Shown here one piece after another: positions 48,200 through 61,229 of a DNA stretch of 64,000 nucleotides. The DNA comes from Azolla caroliniana (Eukaryota > Plantae > Polypodiophyta): NCBI GenBank assembly GCA_043228905.1, contig JBHGNT010000010.1, positions 8,184,001 through 8,248,000 on the forward strand, given 5' to 3'. The notes under the pieces are model-generated. The model was given only the letters and a program-made list of their open reading frames with translations. It searched no databases and was not told the origin of the DNA. The translations under genes and the position numbers were made by a program. Numbering within the stretch: the first letter of the stretch is position 1; every line of letters begins with the position of its first letter.

Positions 48200-49450
48200 A
48201 CAAGATCTATGGTATGATCCAAGAAGAGAAGTTTTGTAATAAATTAAAGTTTTGTAATACAACAAAGTTTGGAATTATGATTAATAATGAGCCAACATCA
48301 CCAAAAATCCTTAATATTAACTCAACAAACTTAGACACAATGGAGACAATGTTTATGAGCTATTTGATTTATTGTCAAGAAACCACAAACAAATAAAGTG
48401 ACAAGGCTAGGGCACTCGTAAAGAAGAATGCAAAACTACAAACTATTGTTATTGAGAATGAATGTCTTAAGAAAATGGTTGCCAAACTTGAAGATGAGAT
48501 TAAGTAGTGTAACAAAGCTTTACTAGAAATAAACAAGAGTTTAAAAAATATCAAACTAAAAGGAGCTTTAAAGGTGGAAAACATGGACACAACGAGGCAA
48601 GATGTAAGTGAAATGAAAAGTGTATGCACAACAAAGTAATGAGCCAATATATATGGTCAGGATGTAGTTTCTAACTTGGTTATAACACATGTGATGAATC
48701 AAGAAAAAAAATTGGAAAGTATAGATGTCCAAGAATTGAAAGAATGTGAGTAATATCAAAGAATATTGTCATAAGTGGGATTAAAGAGGACATTATAGAA
48801 ACACTTTCATACCTCAAGAAGGTGATTTTTTAACATGCATTATGGTATGTTAGATATGAAGTGTAAGGGGCACACCGAGTTGGGAAAAATGGTGTGGCTC
48901 GTTCAGAAGAAAGGCCTATTGTATGCACAATGGTTGATGCAAAGCGAAGGTCATACTTGAAAATAGTTCAGTGTACCTCAAAGGTACTCAATGCTTTGTG
49001 ATTGAAGATTGTACTATCTCACAACAAAATGCTTGTCGTAAAGCATATGAAGAAAATTTGAAAAATAAGGTTAAGAACGTACCTAAAGTCAAAAACATAG
49101 GAATATAGGGACACGTGACCCGTGGTACCAATTTACATATATGTTTATGTTTTCGGAATTGCCATTAATACCCATGGAATGTCAAATACCATGAGGAGCA
49201 TGACACTCAAAAATCAAGGTTTGGGCAAATATAATGTACACTCCTTGATGAGGTTGAAAAGTCTAAGACAACGAAGCAGGAAAAGAGGGGTGACATGTTT
49301 GATTAAGAGCAAATTAGAGAAGTATATGTCAGTCATAAAAAATGACAAGCATAAATGTTATATATGGCTTAAAAACAAAAACACCAAATGATATGTCTAC
49401 TTTTTAAACTACTTGTTACTTTCCCCATCAAGATTCTAATTTCTATGCTT
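48200..49450 (+). mobile_element. Degenerate LINE 5' part: ORF1 (coiled coil plus RRM-like) and endonuclease start
   Basis: Hand translation gives NIVISGIKE, AHRVGK, RPIVCTM, LKGTQCFVIED, then RGVTCLIK, IWLK, CYFPHQDS. Confidence 0.6.
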
Positions 49451-49459
49451 GTTTGTAGC

Positions 49460-49780
49460 AATGGGCACGATTTGGTTTCGGTTTCTTTGCCTCACAACCA
49501 AACCACCAAACCATCTATGAACTCTCAAGCCATTTAAACCAAACCATTTAAGGAAAGGTAAACCAAACCCATTACGGAAAAGTTGAAACCAAACCAAACC
49601 ATTTTATAAAGAATTTAAACCTAGCCATTTAAGTCAAACTAATTAAAAAACTAAATACATTAAATTAAATAAGCATTTAAGTTAAGTTAATTAAAAATTT
49701 AATTAAACTATTAAACTAATAAATGATTAAGGGAATTTTTTTTTACTAAATAAACCTTTAAATCAAACCACTTAAACTTA
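49460..49780. repeat. AT-rich segment with AAACC/GGTTT repeats, possibly a MITE or DNA-transposon end
   Basis: Clustered AAACCA motifs opposite TTGGTTTCGGTTT. Confidence 0.4.
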
Positions 49781-49781
49781 T

Positions 49782-50444
49782 TGAAAAGTAGCATGTGGAA
49801 CTACACAGACACTACCGGCTTAGCCAAACAACAACAAAGAACAATGGTGAGAGAGAGAGTGCATGGGAGAGACAAAGAGAGTAGAACACCAGAAACTCAA
49901 TTTCAAAAATACTCTGTACATACTAATGTGCTTAGGGAGCACTTTTATACAAGTCATTAAAAGGACTTATAGAAGTATTGACATGTACTTCAATGTTGAT
50001 AACTGAGTGTCAGACACTAACTCCTAAAAATATGTCTATCTACTAGGCTAGGATCACAGGCCTCTAACGGGCTACCGGCTCACGTGTGGATCCGGCTCTC
50101 TGATCCGATCCGGGCCTAGCCAATCGGTCTTCATCCGATTCGGCTCTAGGTTTGTTTAGCTAATCCAGCCCATATTGAGCTTGCTCACTCAACAATCCCC
50201 CTTAAGCTCAACTTGAGGTCGGTTTTTTGTGTTAGCCTCCGTCGGTCCTTGTCTTCGGCTCCTCCTAGCGTCTTCACGCCTTTCTCTCGCTCCTCGACCC
50301 GTCCGGTCTTGCACACCTCGACCTCTTGTGTCGATTTGTTTGCTCGGAAGACCCTTCTCAGCTCCCTCGTTGTCACGGCTTCGGCACCCATTGAAACGTC
50401 AAATCCTTTGTTTTAGTGTCGGCTTTGGCCGCCCTCTTGCCTGT
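49782..50444 (-). mobile_element. 3' end of a copia related to E (3' LTR 49782-50194, PPT, short interior)
   Basis: Similar to LTR 39094-39500; minus strand AAGGGGGAT directly before TGTTGAG. Confidence 0.75.
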
Positions 50445-51659
50445 TGTCGTGAAGATCCGTCACTACGCGCGGATCGTGAGGCGGAACCACCGGGGTTCTG
50501 GACCGGAAGGATTCAAAGTCGGTACAAGCTTTGGCGCAAGCTTTAGCGAGAAAGTACTTAAGACAGATTGGGAAAGAGAGAAGTTGAGATTACATGATTG
50601 AGAGAGATTGATTGAACTTTTAACTTTAGATTTAAGAAACAAGTTACACGATCAATTTGATAACGAATTTCTTCCTCTTAATTTTCATAAAAAAAACGTG
50701 TTTTTTTTCTCCTCCCCCTTCCTTCTTTTATAGACGCTCTCATGCATATGATGCATGTGAGGGTACAAGACATGCATAAATTGCATGTTTGCCATTTGGC
50801 GCTTATGTATTACATGTGGTGCATGATAACCATGTCACTCATTTTAGCTCTCATGTATGAGAATTTACATGTAAAAGTACAATGATAGAAATATAATTTC
50901 AACTAAATAGCATGGCTTAATGGTAAGCCAATTGACTCCTAACTTGGAGGTGCAAGGTTCGAATCCTTACTTGCCCTCCTTCATCTTCATCTTCCGAAAC
51001 CATGTTACTTCCATTTGAAAATCTTGCCCTCGACAGCATGTTAGCCATGGCGTTCTTCTTCCCTGCAATGTGACAGATCTCTGGGTTTAAAGACTTGATG
51101 TAGGCGATCCACCTTAGCATAGCAAGATCTGGGGTTGCACATCTCGAGACCATTCCGAGAATTGGGAGACAATCTGTCTCTATTATCACTTCCGACCCGA
51201 TTAGGTAATCTTTGTCCGTCTTCACTGCCGACACAATACCCCAAAGTTCCCGCTTGACTTGGGCATATCTTTGTTGCCGTTCGCTGAAAACCTTTGCTCC
51301 GAACCGGACGGCATATCACGCATTATCTTCACCTTCTTGATTGATGACCCACCCAATTCCGGTTGGGCTCATATCTACGGTCACGTAAATTGGTTTCCCT
51401 TCGGCATAGTCGGCTTTCCTTAGTGCCCGGAGCTTCAAGAAGCAGTTTCTTTAATCTTTGCATCGCCTTTGTGTGCTTGTCTCACCATTCAAACTTTATT
51501 CTTTTCTTTAGTAGTCCATATAACGGTTCGGCGACATGAGCGTAGTGAGGAATCCATATATGATAAAACGCGCACGCTCCAAGGAACCTTCGAACCTCCG
51601 TTTGGTTTTCGCATTCTTCTTTCATGTCTTGGATTGCGTTCACTTTGGATGGTGAGGGC

Positions 51660-54600
51660 TGTTGGAGACAATGATGTTGTCTATGCGGAAGATCAAGTAG
51701 CATTCGATTGCTGTCCAGAATACCTGCGTATGACAGTTTGTATGTCGTTGCACAGAGAGAGAGAGAGAGAGAGACACAAAAGACTCTTTATTCCAATAGA
51801 CAAGAATACAACATCCAACCTCACAAAGAGGTTACAAGGTCACTATATATAGTGACCGACTTAGGGCAACTACCCTTTATGCTAATTACATAAATGGCCG
51901 AAACGGGATAATGTGAATACGTCCATTATACACATGTATTCGACACTCCCCCGTAATGGGCGTATACATGGGTTATCTAAGATTACAGGTATAGACTTAG
52001 GTTCTCGGACATATCAGCTTTGTTCGAGTCGACAGGGTCCGAAGGCAGAAGACCGAACTGGTCGGGTCGGAACAGTTGAAGCCGATCATTAAGGAACTGA
52101 TGTCGGTTGTCGGGAACCATCCTGCTCTGTGTCCGGCTCTAACCGGACTGGTTTGTCGTTACGCCCATCTGATGCCGAAGAGACCGAAAGCGGTCTGCCG
52201 AAAGACACTTGGTCATTCCATCTGCGACATTGTCGGTTGTGGATATTTTCTCTAGACCGATTTTCCCTGAGATGACGCAGTCCCGAACGAAGTGATATCT
52301 AACGTCGATATGTTTGGAGGCGTTGTGGTGAACCGGATTTTTCGACAAGGCAACAGCACCTTGACTGTCGCTGTAGACAACTGGAGCCGAGTCATGGTCG
52401 ACTTGTCGAAACGTGTGCGCCAGCCGACCGAGCCATAAAGCTTCTTTTGCTGCGTCGGACGCAGCTACATATTCTGCTTCGGTCGTTGAGGTCGCTGTGC
52501 ACTCCTGAAGTTTCGACTTCCACGAGATTGCTCCATTGCCGAATTTGAAGCAGTATCCGGTTGTTGATTTCCGACTGTCTATACAGCCGGCGAAGTCCGA
52601 GTCGGTGTAACCGACTACGCCTGAGGTTCGGTTCGGACCGAAAAGAATGCCGTGGTCTTTTGTGCCAGCCAGATATCTGAACACATGCTTGACTGCGTTC
52701 CAATGCGATCGGCCAGGGTTGTGCATAAATCTGCTAACGACTCCTACGGCGTGAGAAATATCAGGCCGTGTCGCGACCATCAGGTACATAAGGGAGCCGA
52801 CTGCCGGTGCATACGGTACCGACTTCATATCTTCCCCCTCCGGACCGGATGTCGGGCAGTCTCGCTGAGAGAGCCGAAGATTCATAGGGAGCGGGGTTGA
52901 AGCAGATTTGGCTGATTGCATGTTGAAGCGTTCCAAGACACGTCCGATATAGTCGGTCTGAGACAGAAAGAGATGTCGTTTATCGCGATGCCGACTAATC
53001 TTCATGCCGAGTATGTGTCGTGCCGGACCGAGGTCCTTCATGGCAAACTTCAACCGCAGTTGCCGAACGAGATCGGCAAGTTCGCCCGCGTGGCGTCCAG
53101 AAATTAGCATGTCGTCCACGTAAATGATGAGGAAGATGGGTGATCCATCTTGAGCTGTGTTGGTGAAGAGACAATGGTCCTCATCGCTTTTAGAGAAGCC
53201 GATCGATTGGATGAAGTCGTCGAACTTCTTGTACCATTGTCGTGGTGCCTGTTTGAGGCCGTATAGACTCTTCCTGAGTCGGCAGACTAGATGTTCTTGG
53301 CCAGTCGCCACGAAGCCTTTTGGCTGCTCCATATAAATTTCCTCCTCGAGATCACCATGGAGGAAGGCTGTTTTGACATCTAGCTGAATCAGCTCCAAGT
53401 TGTCGGCTGCCACTACGCCGAGTAGAAAACGAAGGGTTGTCATTTTCACCACTGGTGAAAAAATCTCGTCGAAGTCGACGCCATATTCTTGTCGGAAGCC
53501 CTTCGCAACTAATCTGGCCTTGTACTTTGGGGTGGTCGAATCAGACGTCTCTTTTAGTCGATAAACCCACTTGCAAGGAAGAGCACGTCGGTTCCTAGGT
53601 AATTCGACCAGATCCCAAGTCTTGTTTGCCCGAATGGAGTGCATTTCCGACTCCATCGCCAGATGCCAGGTGGCTGAATCGACAGATGTCGATGCTTCTT
53701 CGTAAGACGTCGGTTCGCCGGCGTCGGTGAAGAAAATTCCAGGAGAATACCTCTCCGGAGGTTGCGACAGTCTCTCGGATCGTCGAGGTATGATTGGACT
53801 GGTCGCATCGGGTATCAAGGTCGGATGGTCCGAAAGCGAGTCATTCGGCTGTGCCGAGTCGGAGTTGTCCGAGTCGGTAGTGTAAGGTTCAGCTACCCGT
53901 GAAGCTGACCGTGTGTTGAGAGCGGGGCCTTCTTGAAGGGTCGGCACATCGGAAAATGTTACCCTTCGGACTTCGATCGGTTTTTCGACTGATGGATTCA
54001 TAGCCGACTCGTTGAACACAACGTCCGAACTTCGAACGATTTGTCTGCGTTCGGGGTCCCAGAGTCGGTATCCCATTTCGCCGTCGGATCCATATCCAAG
54101 GAAAATGCATTTCCTGGACCGAGGTGCAAGTTTTCGGCGATCATCTTTCGGAATAAGGGCGTACGCCTCGCATCCGAAGATCCTCAGCTTGTCGTAATTC
54201 GGCTTACTGCCGATCCATAGTTCCTGAGGAATTTGAAGTCCTAGAGGTCTACTTGGCGACATATTGATTATGTGTACTGCTGTGAGTAGAGCCTCTGCCC
54301 AGAAGCCATCCGACAGTCCGGAGTGTTGGAGCATGGAAACTATCCGTTCTTGGATTGTCCGATTCATGCGTTCGGCAATCCCGTTTTGCTCCGGACTGTG
54401 TGGTGCCGTAAATTCACGTCGGATGCCGCGTTGTCGGCAGAATTTGACGAATTCTTCGGATTTGAACTCTCCCCCATTGTCGGTCCGAAAGCATTTCAGT
54501 TTTCGGTCGGTTTGATTTTCTACCATAGCAAGCCAATCTGAGAAGATCGAGAAGACACGATCTTTGGTGCGAATTGGATAAGCCCACACCTTTCGAGTCG

Positions 54601-57023
54601 AATCGTCAATAAAAGTGACGAAGTAAGAGGCACCGCCGAGAGACTGATGCGGCATTGGGCCATAGACGTCCGAGTGGACCAAATCGAGAGTTCTCGTTTC
54701 TCTTGGTGCTGATGTCGGGTGTGATGCGGCTACTTGTTTGCCATACTGGCAATGCTCGCAGAATTGATGGTCGGAGAAGGAGAGTTTGGGGATGTATCCG
54801 GCTCTAGATAGATGCGTGATGCCGGCCTTGCTGAGGTGTCCTAATCTTCTGTGCCATAGTGATGACACATGAATATCCACCAAAAACAGGTTACCCTCTC
54901 TGAGCGTAACATGTAACGGATACAGGGAGTGTATCTTGGGTCCTCTAGCAAGCAGGAGGTTCCCCCTGTGGAGTGTCCACCCTCCCGAAGAAAAACCGGC
55001 ACGAATGCCGTCTTCATCTAGTTGTCCGACTGAGATCAATGGCCTTGAGAGCTCGGGTACATGTCGGACATTGTGGAGTACAAGTGTAGAGCCACCTGCA
55101 AGGTTGAGCTCTACTGTGCCGATTCCGATGATGTCACAGTGTTGTGAGTTGCCGACCCGAACTGAGTCGGAGTGACGGATCGTATATTGCCGAAATTGGG
55201 ATCGATGAGGAGTCACGTGAAATGACGCGCCCGAATCTAAGAGCCATGTGCTCGATTCTTCAGTCGTGAGTAGAACTTCTGATCCGACTGGATTTTCGAT
55301 TGATAGTATATTCGGGTCGTCTGGTAGCACATCAGCTGAGAAGCTGACGTAATTGACCTCCTCATGCCGGCCACTCTTCTTGTTGTTCTTGTTCTTGAGT
55401 GCGCGGCAGTCGGCTTTGATGTGTCCGGGTTTCTTGCAATAGTTGTAGATTCGGTTATCCCGTGACTGGCTCCGTCTTCGCTGATTGTTCGGCGGTCGTG
55501 AGGAATCTCTTCCTCGTATGTTCGATCGGTCTGTCGAACCTTGTACTACATAAGCGTCGTCTATTGAGTCTTTGGCGAAAGACTTTCTCCGAGCTGCTTC
55601 GGTCAGGATTGCGCTCGTGACTTCGGAGTATTTAACAGCCGTGGTTGACGCGTTGCACACGGTTGTGACGAAAGTTTCCCATGATGAGGGAAGGCTGCTC
55701 ATGAGTATCATTGCTCTGAGTTCATCCTCGATTGCCGTCCCCTGTGACGAGATTTGGGAGCTTATGCTTTCGTACTCATTTAGGTGTGCTTGAACCGAAT
55801 CGGATTCTTTCATCCGCAAGTTGTAGAGGCGCCGGATCAGAAACATTTTCGTTGCGGCGACCTTCTTTTCGTAAGTGTCCGACAGTGTTTTCCACAGTTC
55901 GAATGCTGTCGTACACGATTGCACCGTAAAGTATACCGATTCCGATAGGTGCATCCGAATCGTGGCGCGGACGATTCTGTCCAGCTTCTGCCACTCCATT
56001 GGTTTGTATCCTTCTGGAGGTTCTTCATTTTCGATGGGATCGATTTGTCCCTTGACTATGAGATAGTCCTGCATTTGCTCTTTCCAGAAGTTGAAGTTCG
56101 ATCCATCGAACTTTCGTAGACTCATTTCTGACGAGCCGGATGTTGATGCCATCAAATTTGGTTTCTGTTGACGAAGCTCGGTTCGGAGTTGACTACGAAC
56201 CTTGTTGGAGTGCAGCCGGTTGGCTCACCCGATATCGTTCTAGTCGGATTTGAACCCGAGTCGGTTCGGCTTCGGATATATGTGCCGAATACCGATTATT
56301 GAAACCGATTATCTGGACCGATTCTGCTTCGGGTGGCTGCAGCGACGAGAGAGACAGATCCAACTGATCCTCTCGAATGTCGATCAGCCGGATGAAGCAC
56401 GAATTGGGGTTGTTGTCTTGAGACCGATCTGCACCGAGTGGTTACAACGAGCAGCGTTTGGTGACCTCTTCGGATGCCGTTTAACCGAATGGAGCACGAT
56501 CGTGTCAATGATGCACAAGGGGATTTCACCTCGAGCGGTTACGATCACAAGGAACAGAGTACAGCCTGATGGCTTACTCCAAGCAAGAGGATCTAACGCG
56601 ATGAGGTGCAAACCTCGTTTTTTCTTCTTCTTCTCTCTTTCTTCGAGTGACGCGAATACTGTGCAGGCCGTGATGAAGTGAAGAACCGAATGCTGTGCAG
56701 GCGGTGATGACGGCCGAACCTCTGCTCTGATACCAGATGTTGGAGACAATGATGTTGTCTATGCGGAAGATCAAGTAGCATTCGATTGCTGTCCAGAATA
56801 CCTGCGTATGACAGTTTGTATGTCGTTGCACAGAGAGAGAGAGAGAGAGACACACAAAAGACTCTTTATTCCAATAGACAAGAATACAACATCCAACCTC
56901 ACAAAGAGGTTACAAGGTCACTATATATAGTGACCGACTTAGGGCAACTACCCTTTATGCTAATTACATAAATGGCCGAAACGGGATAATGTGAATACGT
57001 CCATTATACACATGTATTCGACA
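51660..57023 (-). mobile_element. Element I1: complete young Ty1/copia (Tnt1/Tork-like)
   Basis: 286-bp LTRs at 56738-57023 and 51660-51945 (one difference seen), TSD AGGGC, PBS 56724-56735, PPT TTACGGGGGAG. Confidence 0.97.
52139..56152 (-). CDS. Intact copia Gag-Pol polyprotein (Gag-PR-INT-RT-RH), 1337 aa from the ATG
   Basis: WLLDSGAS, LWHRRLGH..CEHC, TDNGGEF, AERMN, LDVKTAFLHG, YVDDM, YTDSDFAG, NVADGMTK; no stops. Confidence 0.96.
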   Translation of the reverse strand: MASTSGSSEMSLRKFDGSNFNFWKEQMQDYLIVKGQIDPIENEEPPEGYKPMEWQKLDRIVRATIRMHLSESVYFTVQSCTTAFELWKTLSDTYEKKVAATKMFLIRRLYNLRMKESDSVQAHLNEYESISSQISSQGTAIEDELRAMILMSSLPSSWETFVTTVCNASTTAVKYSEVTSAILTEAARRKSFAKDSIDDAYVVQGSTDRSNIRGRDSSRPPNNQRRRSQSRDNRIYNYCKKPGHIKADCRALKNKNNKKSGRHEEVNYVSFSADVLPDDPNILSIENPVGSEVLLTTEESSTWLLDSGASFHVTPHRSQFRQYTIRHSDSVRVGNSQHCDIIGIGTVELNLAGGSTLVLHNVRHVPELSRPLISVGQLDEDGIRAGFSSGGWTLHRGNLLLARGPKIHSLYPLHVTLREGNLFLVDIHVSSLWHRRLGHLSKAGITHLSRAGYIPKLSFSDHQFCEHCQYGKQVAASHPTSAPRETRTLDLVHSDVYGPMPHQSLGGASYFVTFIDDSTRKVWAYPIRTKDRVFSIFSDWLAMVENQTDRKLKCFRTDNGGEFKSEEFVKFCRQRGIRREFTAPHSPEQNGIAERMNRTIQERIVSMLQHSGLSDGFWAEALLTAVHIINMSPSRPLGLQIPQELWIGSKPNYDKLRIFGCEAYALIPKDDRRKLAPRSRKCIFLGYGSDGEMGYRLWDPERRQIVRSSDVVFNESAMNPSVEKPIEVRRVTFSDVPTLQEGPALNTRSASRVAEPYTTDSDNSDSAQPNDSLSDHPTLIPDATSPIIPRRSERLSQPPERYSPGIFFTDAGEPTSYEEASTSVDSATWHLAMESEMHSIRANKTWDLVELPRNRRALPCKWVYRLKETSDSTTPKYKARLVAKGFRQEYGVDFDEIFSPVVKMTTLRFLLGVVAADNLELIQLDVKTAFLHGDLEEEIYMEQPKGFVATGQEHLVCRLRKSLYGLKQAPRQWYKKFDDFIQSIGFSKSDEDHCLFTNTAQDGSPIFLIIYVDDMLISGRHAGELADLVRQLRLKFAMKDLGPARHILGMKISRHRDKRHLFLSQTDYIGRVLERFNMQSAKSASTPLPMNLRLSQRDCPTSGPEGEDMKSVPYAPAVGSLMYLMVATRPDISHAVGVVSRFMHNPGRSHWNAVKHVFRYLAGTKDHGILFGPNRTSGVVGYTDSDFAGCIDSRKSTTGYCFKFGNGAISWKSKLQECTATSTTEAEYVAASDAAKEALWLGRLAHTFRQVDHDSAPVVYSDSQGAVALSKNPVHHNASKHIDVRYHFVRDCVISGKIGLEKISTTDNVADGMTKCLSADRFRSLRHQMGVTTNQSG

Positions 57024-60000
57024 AGGGCTTCCGGCCATATGCTCCACACAAGTGACCTACCACCAAGATCTCTGGTTGCCCGAATGCGGATTTTTCTCCC
57101 GAAAATGTCAAATTTGCATCTTCGAGCCTTTGAAGCACCTTCTCGCAATCTTTCATATGATCCGCAATGAATTTCCTACAACCTTCCTTATCTTTCGATT
57201 CATCTTTCTCCTCATCCGAACATCCTTTTATCGGAATATCATCCAAGAATGGCATCGTGATGTCCGGAATGCAATCCTTCAAGACTTTATTCATGGCATT
57301 CACCATATGAGCCACCGAGTTCGTTGCGCCTTGGGGTAAGGTACACATCCACACAAGCCCGATCGGAGTCCTCATGGTTGTAATGTCCCAACTGTCGATC
57401 ACCAATTGGAATTGGTCATATCCGGAGTAGAGATCGCCGATGGAGTAGATGGACCGGCCCGCAAACGCTTCGGCAAATTCGTCCACGCTCAGACCGATTC
57501 CGGCATTTCGAATTGTCACCTTGTTGACGGGTTGAAGATCTTGGATGAATCGCAATGATCCATTCTTCTTCGGCACCGTGAACCACCTATTGGAATAAGG
57601 AGCATTCGACGGTTCTAGAATTCCCATACTCACCTTCTCCTTTAAGAGCTCGATCAGCTTCGGAAGTTGTGCTCTCGGAACCGGTATCGGTTTCAAGTTC
57701 CAAGGCACATGAGGCACCGTGAAGATCACCATCGGCTCTATAACCTTAGGGTCGGCGCATCTGATTTCTCGTGGGAAGAATGCGAAAGCCTTCCCATGTC
57801 TCTCAAGCATATCGCGAAACATTTGGTCCTCTTCAGGGAGAAGGAAATCCTCCTTTCCAACTCGTAGCTTCCCCTTCGTCTCTTTGGTGAAGACATGACC
57901 TATCTTCTTCAGATCTCTTAAGCTCGGATTGTTAGCGACTTCCTTCATCTTTTGCCAGCTATCTTCCGGTAGCGGAACTGCAACTGGCTTGATCTTCTTA
58001 TCCACCGTTTTATATTTCGTGTTGATGTCAGCTTCCTTCATCGAGATGCCACGACGGTATTCATCGATGATAGCGTACATGTTGACGGAGTTAACCGAAA
58101 TCACGCGTTGGTTGTGAAGATAGCTCAAGTCCACGACGTCCTCGATTTCGCCGATGGTGTCGTTAAATGAGGCTTCTTCCATAATATGAGTGATGAACTC
58201 TCCTTCTTCTATTATGTTCTCTTCTTTCAGCATCTTCTCAAATTCTTGTATCCGGCGCTTGTACTTCTTGTCGGGTAGTACTAGTTTACATGCGCCACTA
58301 GGTGTGACACATGTTGCTTCTCCTTGCAATCCACACACTCTTCTTTCTTGTGGGGTCTTGTGATTGCTCGGACTATTTGTGCCCCATGCTTTAATAGTCC
58401 GCTCTAAAAATCCGAGGATTCGCCTCCGAGACTATCTTGATTCCTTTCATGATTGGCTCGCACCGTTAGGAATTGGACCGATCTTTGGTTGTCAAGACTC
58501 TTTATTCGTGCGAAGGCTGCTCCATTATCGAACACTTTGGTCTCCATCCGAGATGATGTGATATGGCATTCGTTTTTGCTTTTTGCGGCTTCTCTTCTTC
58601 CTCATCCGATTGTTGTCTCTTTCTCTTTACAAGGTCCACGATCGTGTCATGGAACTCCTTCTTGGTAATGCCAAGCAATTCCCTCAAGGACAAAGTTACG
58701 TGGCTATCAAGAACTCGTTCTTTGAGAATCTTCTTTAGGTCCGTCGTCTGCTCTATGTCCGACCTTAGCTTATAGGTAGGTATGGTCCTTGTCCTCCGAG
58801 TGGGGTCTTCGACACCAACCTTCACGGGCCGAACCGTTCTTCAACTCGTATGCTCGGCTCCCCTTTTCGGCTTGATTCTCGTTCCTCCGTTTGTAAAGGT
58901 CGACTCGTCTCCGCATCGTCCTTCTTTTTTGCGTTCCTTGTTTCATGTCTTTTTGATGGCCCTTGCTCTTCTATTCTCTTTCTCTTTTCTTCGACGAACA
59001 CCTCGTGGTTGTCGCACATCACCTTTGCGAGTATGGTGTTGTCGTCCACCGGATCCGACCACCCGATTATGCTTTGCACGCTTCGGTCCGCAAGCTCTAC
59101 CTCGTTCGATGTGGTTTTTCCCTTCTTCTCATATTCGAGAACGGAAGTCCAAAACTTTGCTCCCGCTCTAGCAGCTTCAGTCTTGTCTTTCCCGACTCTT
59201 ATTCCGGCCGACGCAACATAGTGCATCGCATCCACATGAGTCGCATCGGCATCCTCCATAGATTTCTTCATTCCTCCTCTTCCGAAGTTCACCCGTAGGG
59301 GTCTTCTAGTCTCGCTTGAGCAGATCATGTTGTCCTCTACGTATACGATATTTTGTCGAATCGCCTCTCAAAGGCTCGCACAATCCCTTCTCATGTGGTC
59401 CATGCTATCGCACCACACGCATCTAAAGGGTTCTTTTCCTTTAGGGTCCCGAGGATTCATGTTGGCTAGCGTGAACTTCTCGAACTTCTTCGCTAGCTCT
59501 TCAATGATGTCGTCATCAATCTTCTTTTCTTCCACGTTACTTTGTCTTGGCGGCTCAACTACTTTCGACGGTCTTGCTTTCTCCGTGGTAGTCGGTCCCG
59601 TCAAGTCGGTGTCATCAACCCATTGGCGACGCTTGTCGAGCCTATTGCATGCCCGCTTCACCGCTATCCAGTCCGCTACGAGCCCATTTGCTTGGGTATC
59701 ATCTTCGAGAAGAGTCCCCAACTCCCGTCTATCCTTTATGTCCACGGCCTTCAAGAAGTACAAAGTCTTGTCCTCTTCAAGAAACACTTGGTCCGTATTG
59801 GGGAGACGACTAAACATCTGGTCCGTATTGGGGAAACTCTCTTGAAGCTTGCGATTTGACGTGCCTCGGACACGTCCCTCTGATTCATCTCCCTTCTATA
59901 TGCATCAAGGAACTTCGTAACGTTCCTTCCATCGAATTGGCCCTCGAGCCCTACGACATGATCGACAACCTTCTCCACGCTCGCGTCGTTGTCCCGAGAT

Positions 60001-60599
60001 CTCATCATTTGCTTGACGATTAGCATCATCCTTTCGAGCTCTCCCGCTTGGTTGCTTGAGGACGCCATCTCCAAGTATTAATCTTGACTTGATCCTTCCT
60101 ACCACCTCTTTCACGTCGGGTTCACCACTTAATTATGTCGTGAAGATCCATCACTACGCGCGGATCGTGAGGCGGAACCGCCGGGGTTCTGGACCGGAAG
60201 GATTCAAAGTCGGTACAAACTTTGGCGCAAGCTTTAGCGAGAAAGTACTTAAGACAGATTGGGAAAGAGAGAAGTTGAGATTACATGATTGAGAGAGATT
60301 GATTGAACTTTTAACTTTAGATTTAAGAAACAAGTTACACGATCAATTTGATAACGAATTTCTTCCTCTTAATTTTCATAAAAAAAACATGTTTTTTTCT
60401 CCTCCCCCTTCCTTTTATAGACGCTCTCATGCATATGATGCATGTGAGGGTACAAGACATGCATAAATTGCATGTTTGCCATTTGGCGCTTATGTATTAC
60501 ATGTGGTGCATGATAACCATGTCACTCATTTTAGCTCTCATGTATGAGAATTTACATGTAAAAGTACAATGATAGAAATATAATTTCAACTAAATAGCA

Positions 60600-60656
60600 T
60601 GGCTTAATGGTAAGCCAATTGACTCCTAACTTGGAGGTGCAAGGTTCGAATCCTTA
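60600..60656 (+). promoter_or_regulatory. tRNA-derived A/B-box module in the A2 LTR, antisense to the element (also 50913-50969)
   Basis: TGGCTTAATGG...GGTTCGAATCC; D-stem and 4/5 of the T-stem pair; anticodon-like loop CTCCTAA; acceptor and anticodon stems do not pair. Confidence 0.7.
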
Positions 60657-61229
60657 CTTGTCCTCCTTGTATATGTAAATATGTATATATATTTATATAT
60701 TTCTTTATCTAGTCGCCGGACGCCAGATGCCGTCGGTTACCGGTGCCTCGCCGGATGCCGTCGTCTCACCGGCGTTGGATACCGTCGTCTCATCGGCGCC
60801 GGATACCGGTGCTGCCGTCGGATGCTGCCGGACCACCGGCTCCATCGCCGGTCCGGTTTTGGTTGGCCAAAACCCTTTACGAGTAGCTAGCCCACCTCCA
60901 CTCTTAGTTCAAGTTACCTTGAACTCTCTATGCTCCACACATAGACACAAAGATAATATCTTTTGCTCTACCTCCACTCTTTGTCGTGCCTATGTGGGAT
61001 ATCTCACAATTTTCTCTTTTCCTTTCACAAACTTTATACCCTCATATCTTGACATTTAGTTGTCCGTTTCTCGTGTAATAAAGTGCATTCGAAATCTCCA
61101 TCATTTTGTACTTAGATATTAAATTTATTTAAAATGTTATCTTCACAATTATTGTATTATGTGATTCATACTCGATTTCGTACGTTTTATGGGATTTTCA
61201 CACTATTGCCAAAAATCTTCACAACACCG

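Larger units (their letters stand above)
50445..61226 (-). mobile_element. Element A2: deleted sister of A1 (5' LTR 60136-61226, PBS 60110-60127, partial 3' LTR 50445-50981), hosting copia I1
   Basis: LTRs highly similar over the shared ~535 bp; RT ORF 57004-58338; deletions in gag, protease and integrase/PPT; flanks CTGT/CCGT. Confidence 0.92.

Noticed and set aside
60590-60665. Functional tRNA-Arg(CCT) gene
   Set aside because: Acceptor and anticodon stems do not pair, the loop differs between copies and it lies inside LTRs; kept only as a tRNA-derived module
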